NCBI RefSeq assembly: GCF_006345805.1
Contig: NC_043000.1
Span: forward strand, 142,786,001-142,850,000
DNA length: 64,000 bases
Reading direction: 5' to 3'
From: Octopus sinensis
Taxonomy: Eukaryota
Shown: positions 63,946-64,000 of the stretch, piece after piece
Layout: each line of letters starts with the position of its first letter
How positions within the stretch are numbered: the stretch's first letter is position 1
Translations under genes and position numbers: made by a program
The notes under the pieces: model-generated
Databases searched by the model: none
What the model was told of the DNA's origin: nothing
The model's input: only the letters and a program-made list of their open reading frames with translations

Positions 63946-64000
63946 CTGCAATAAAAAACACATTTTAGTCCACATCTAGTATTTTCATCAGGTTTTGCAC

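Noticed and set aside
1-64000. The many 60-170 aa ORFs rich in YI/CV/HT/LSIY repeats
   Set aside because: They are translations of TA, TG and GATA microsatellites or SINE bodies.

Overview
AT-rich, microsatellite-dense animal genomic DNA; the repeat repertoire resembles an octopus (coleoid cephalopod) genome, which is an inference. Most ORFs in the supplied track are translations of simple repeats or SINEs and are not genes. The window holds: three or more tRNA-derived SINE families, many with target-site duplications (TSDs); decayed non-LTR retroelements (R4/Dong-like, RTE, CR1-like, Tx1-like, Penelope-like); Tc1/mariner remnants, non-autonomous Helitrons and MITEs; and sparse candidate exons of two unidentified minus-strand genes. 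One gene starts at a CCAAT-rich promoter near 37.6 kb (first coding exon MVSSKYNLRDY). The other enters from the right end, with exons at 63.9 and 59.0 kb and a likely terminal exon near 44.2 kb. The most striking structures are a ~2.1-kb spacer-less palindrome (2975-5102) with a minimal hammerhead ribozyme motif near each outer tip, a patchwork of templated fragments beside it, a Tx1-like retroelement found twice inside (GATA)n tracts, combinatorial SINE head/tail shuffling, and a switch in CpG decay near 38-40 kb. Coordinates were read by eye, and ends of old repeats are approximate.
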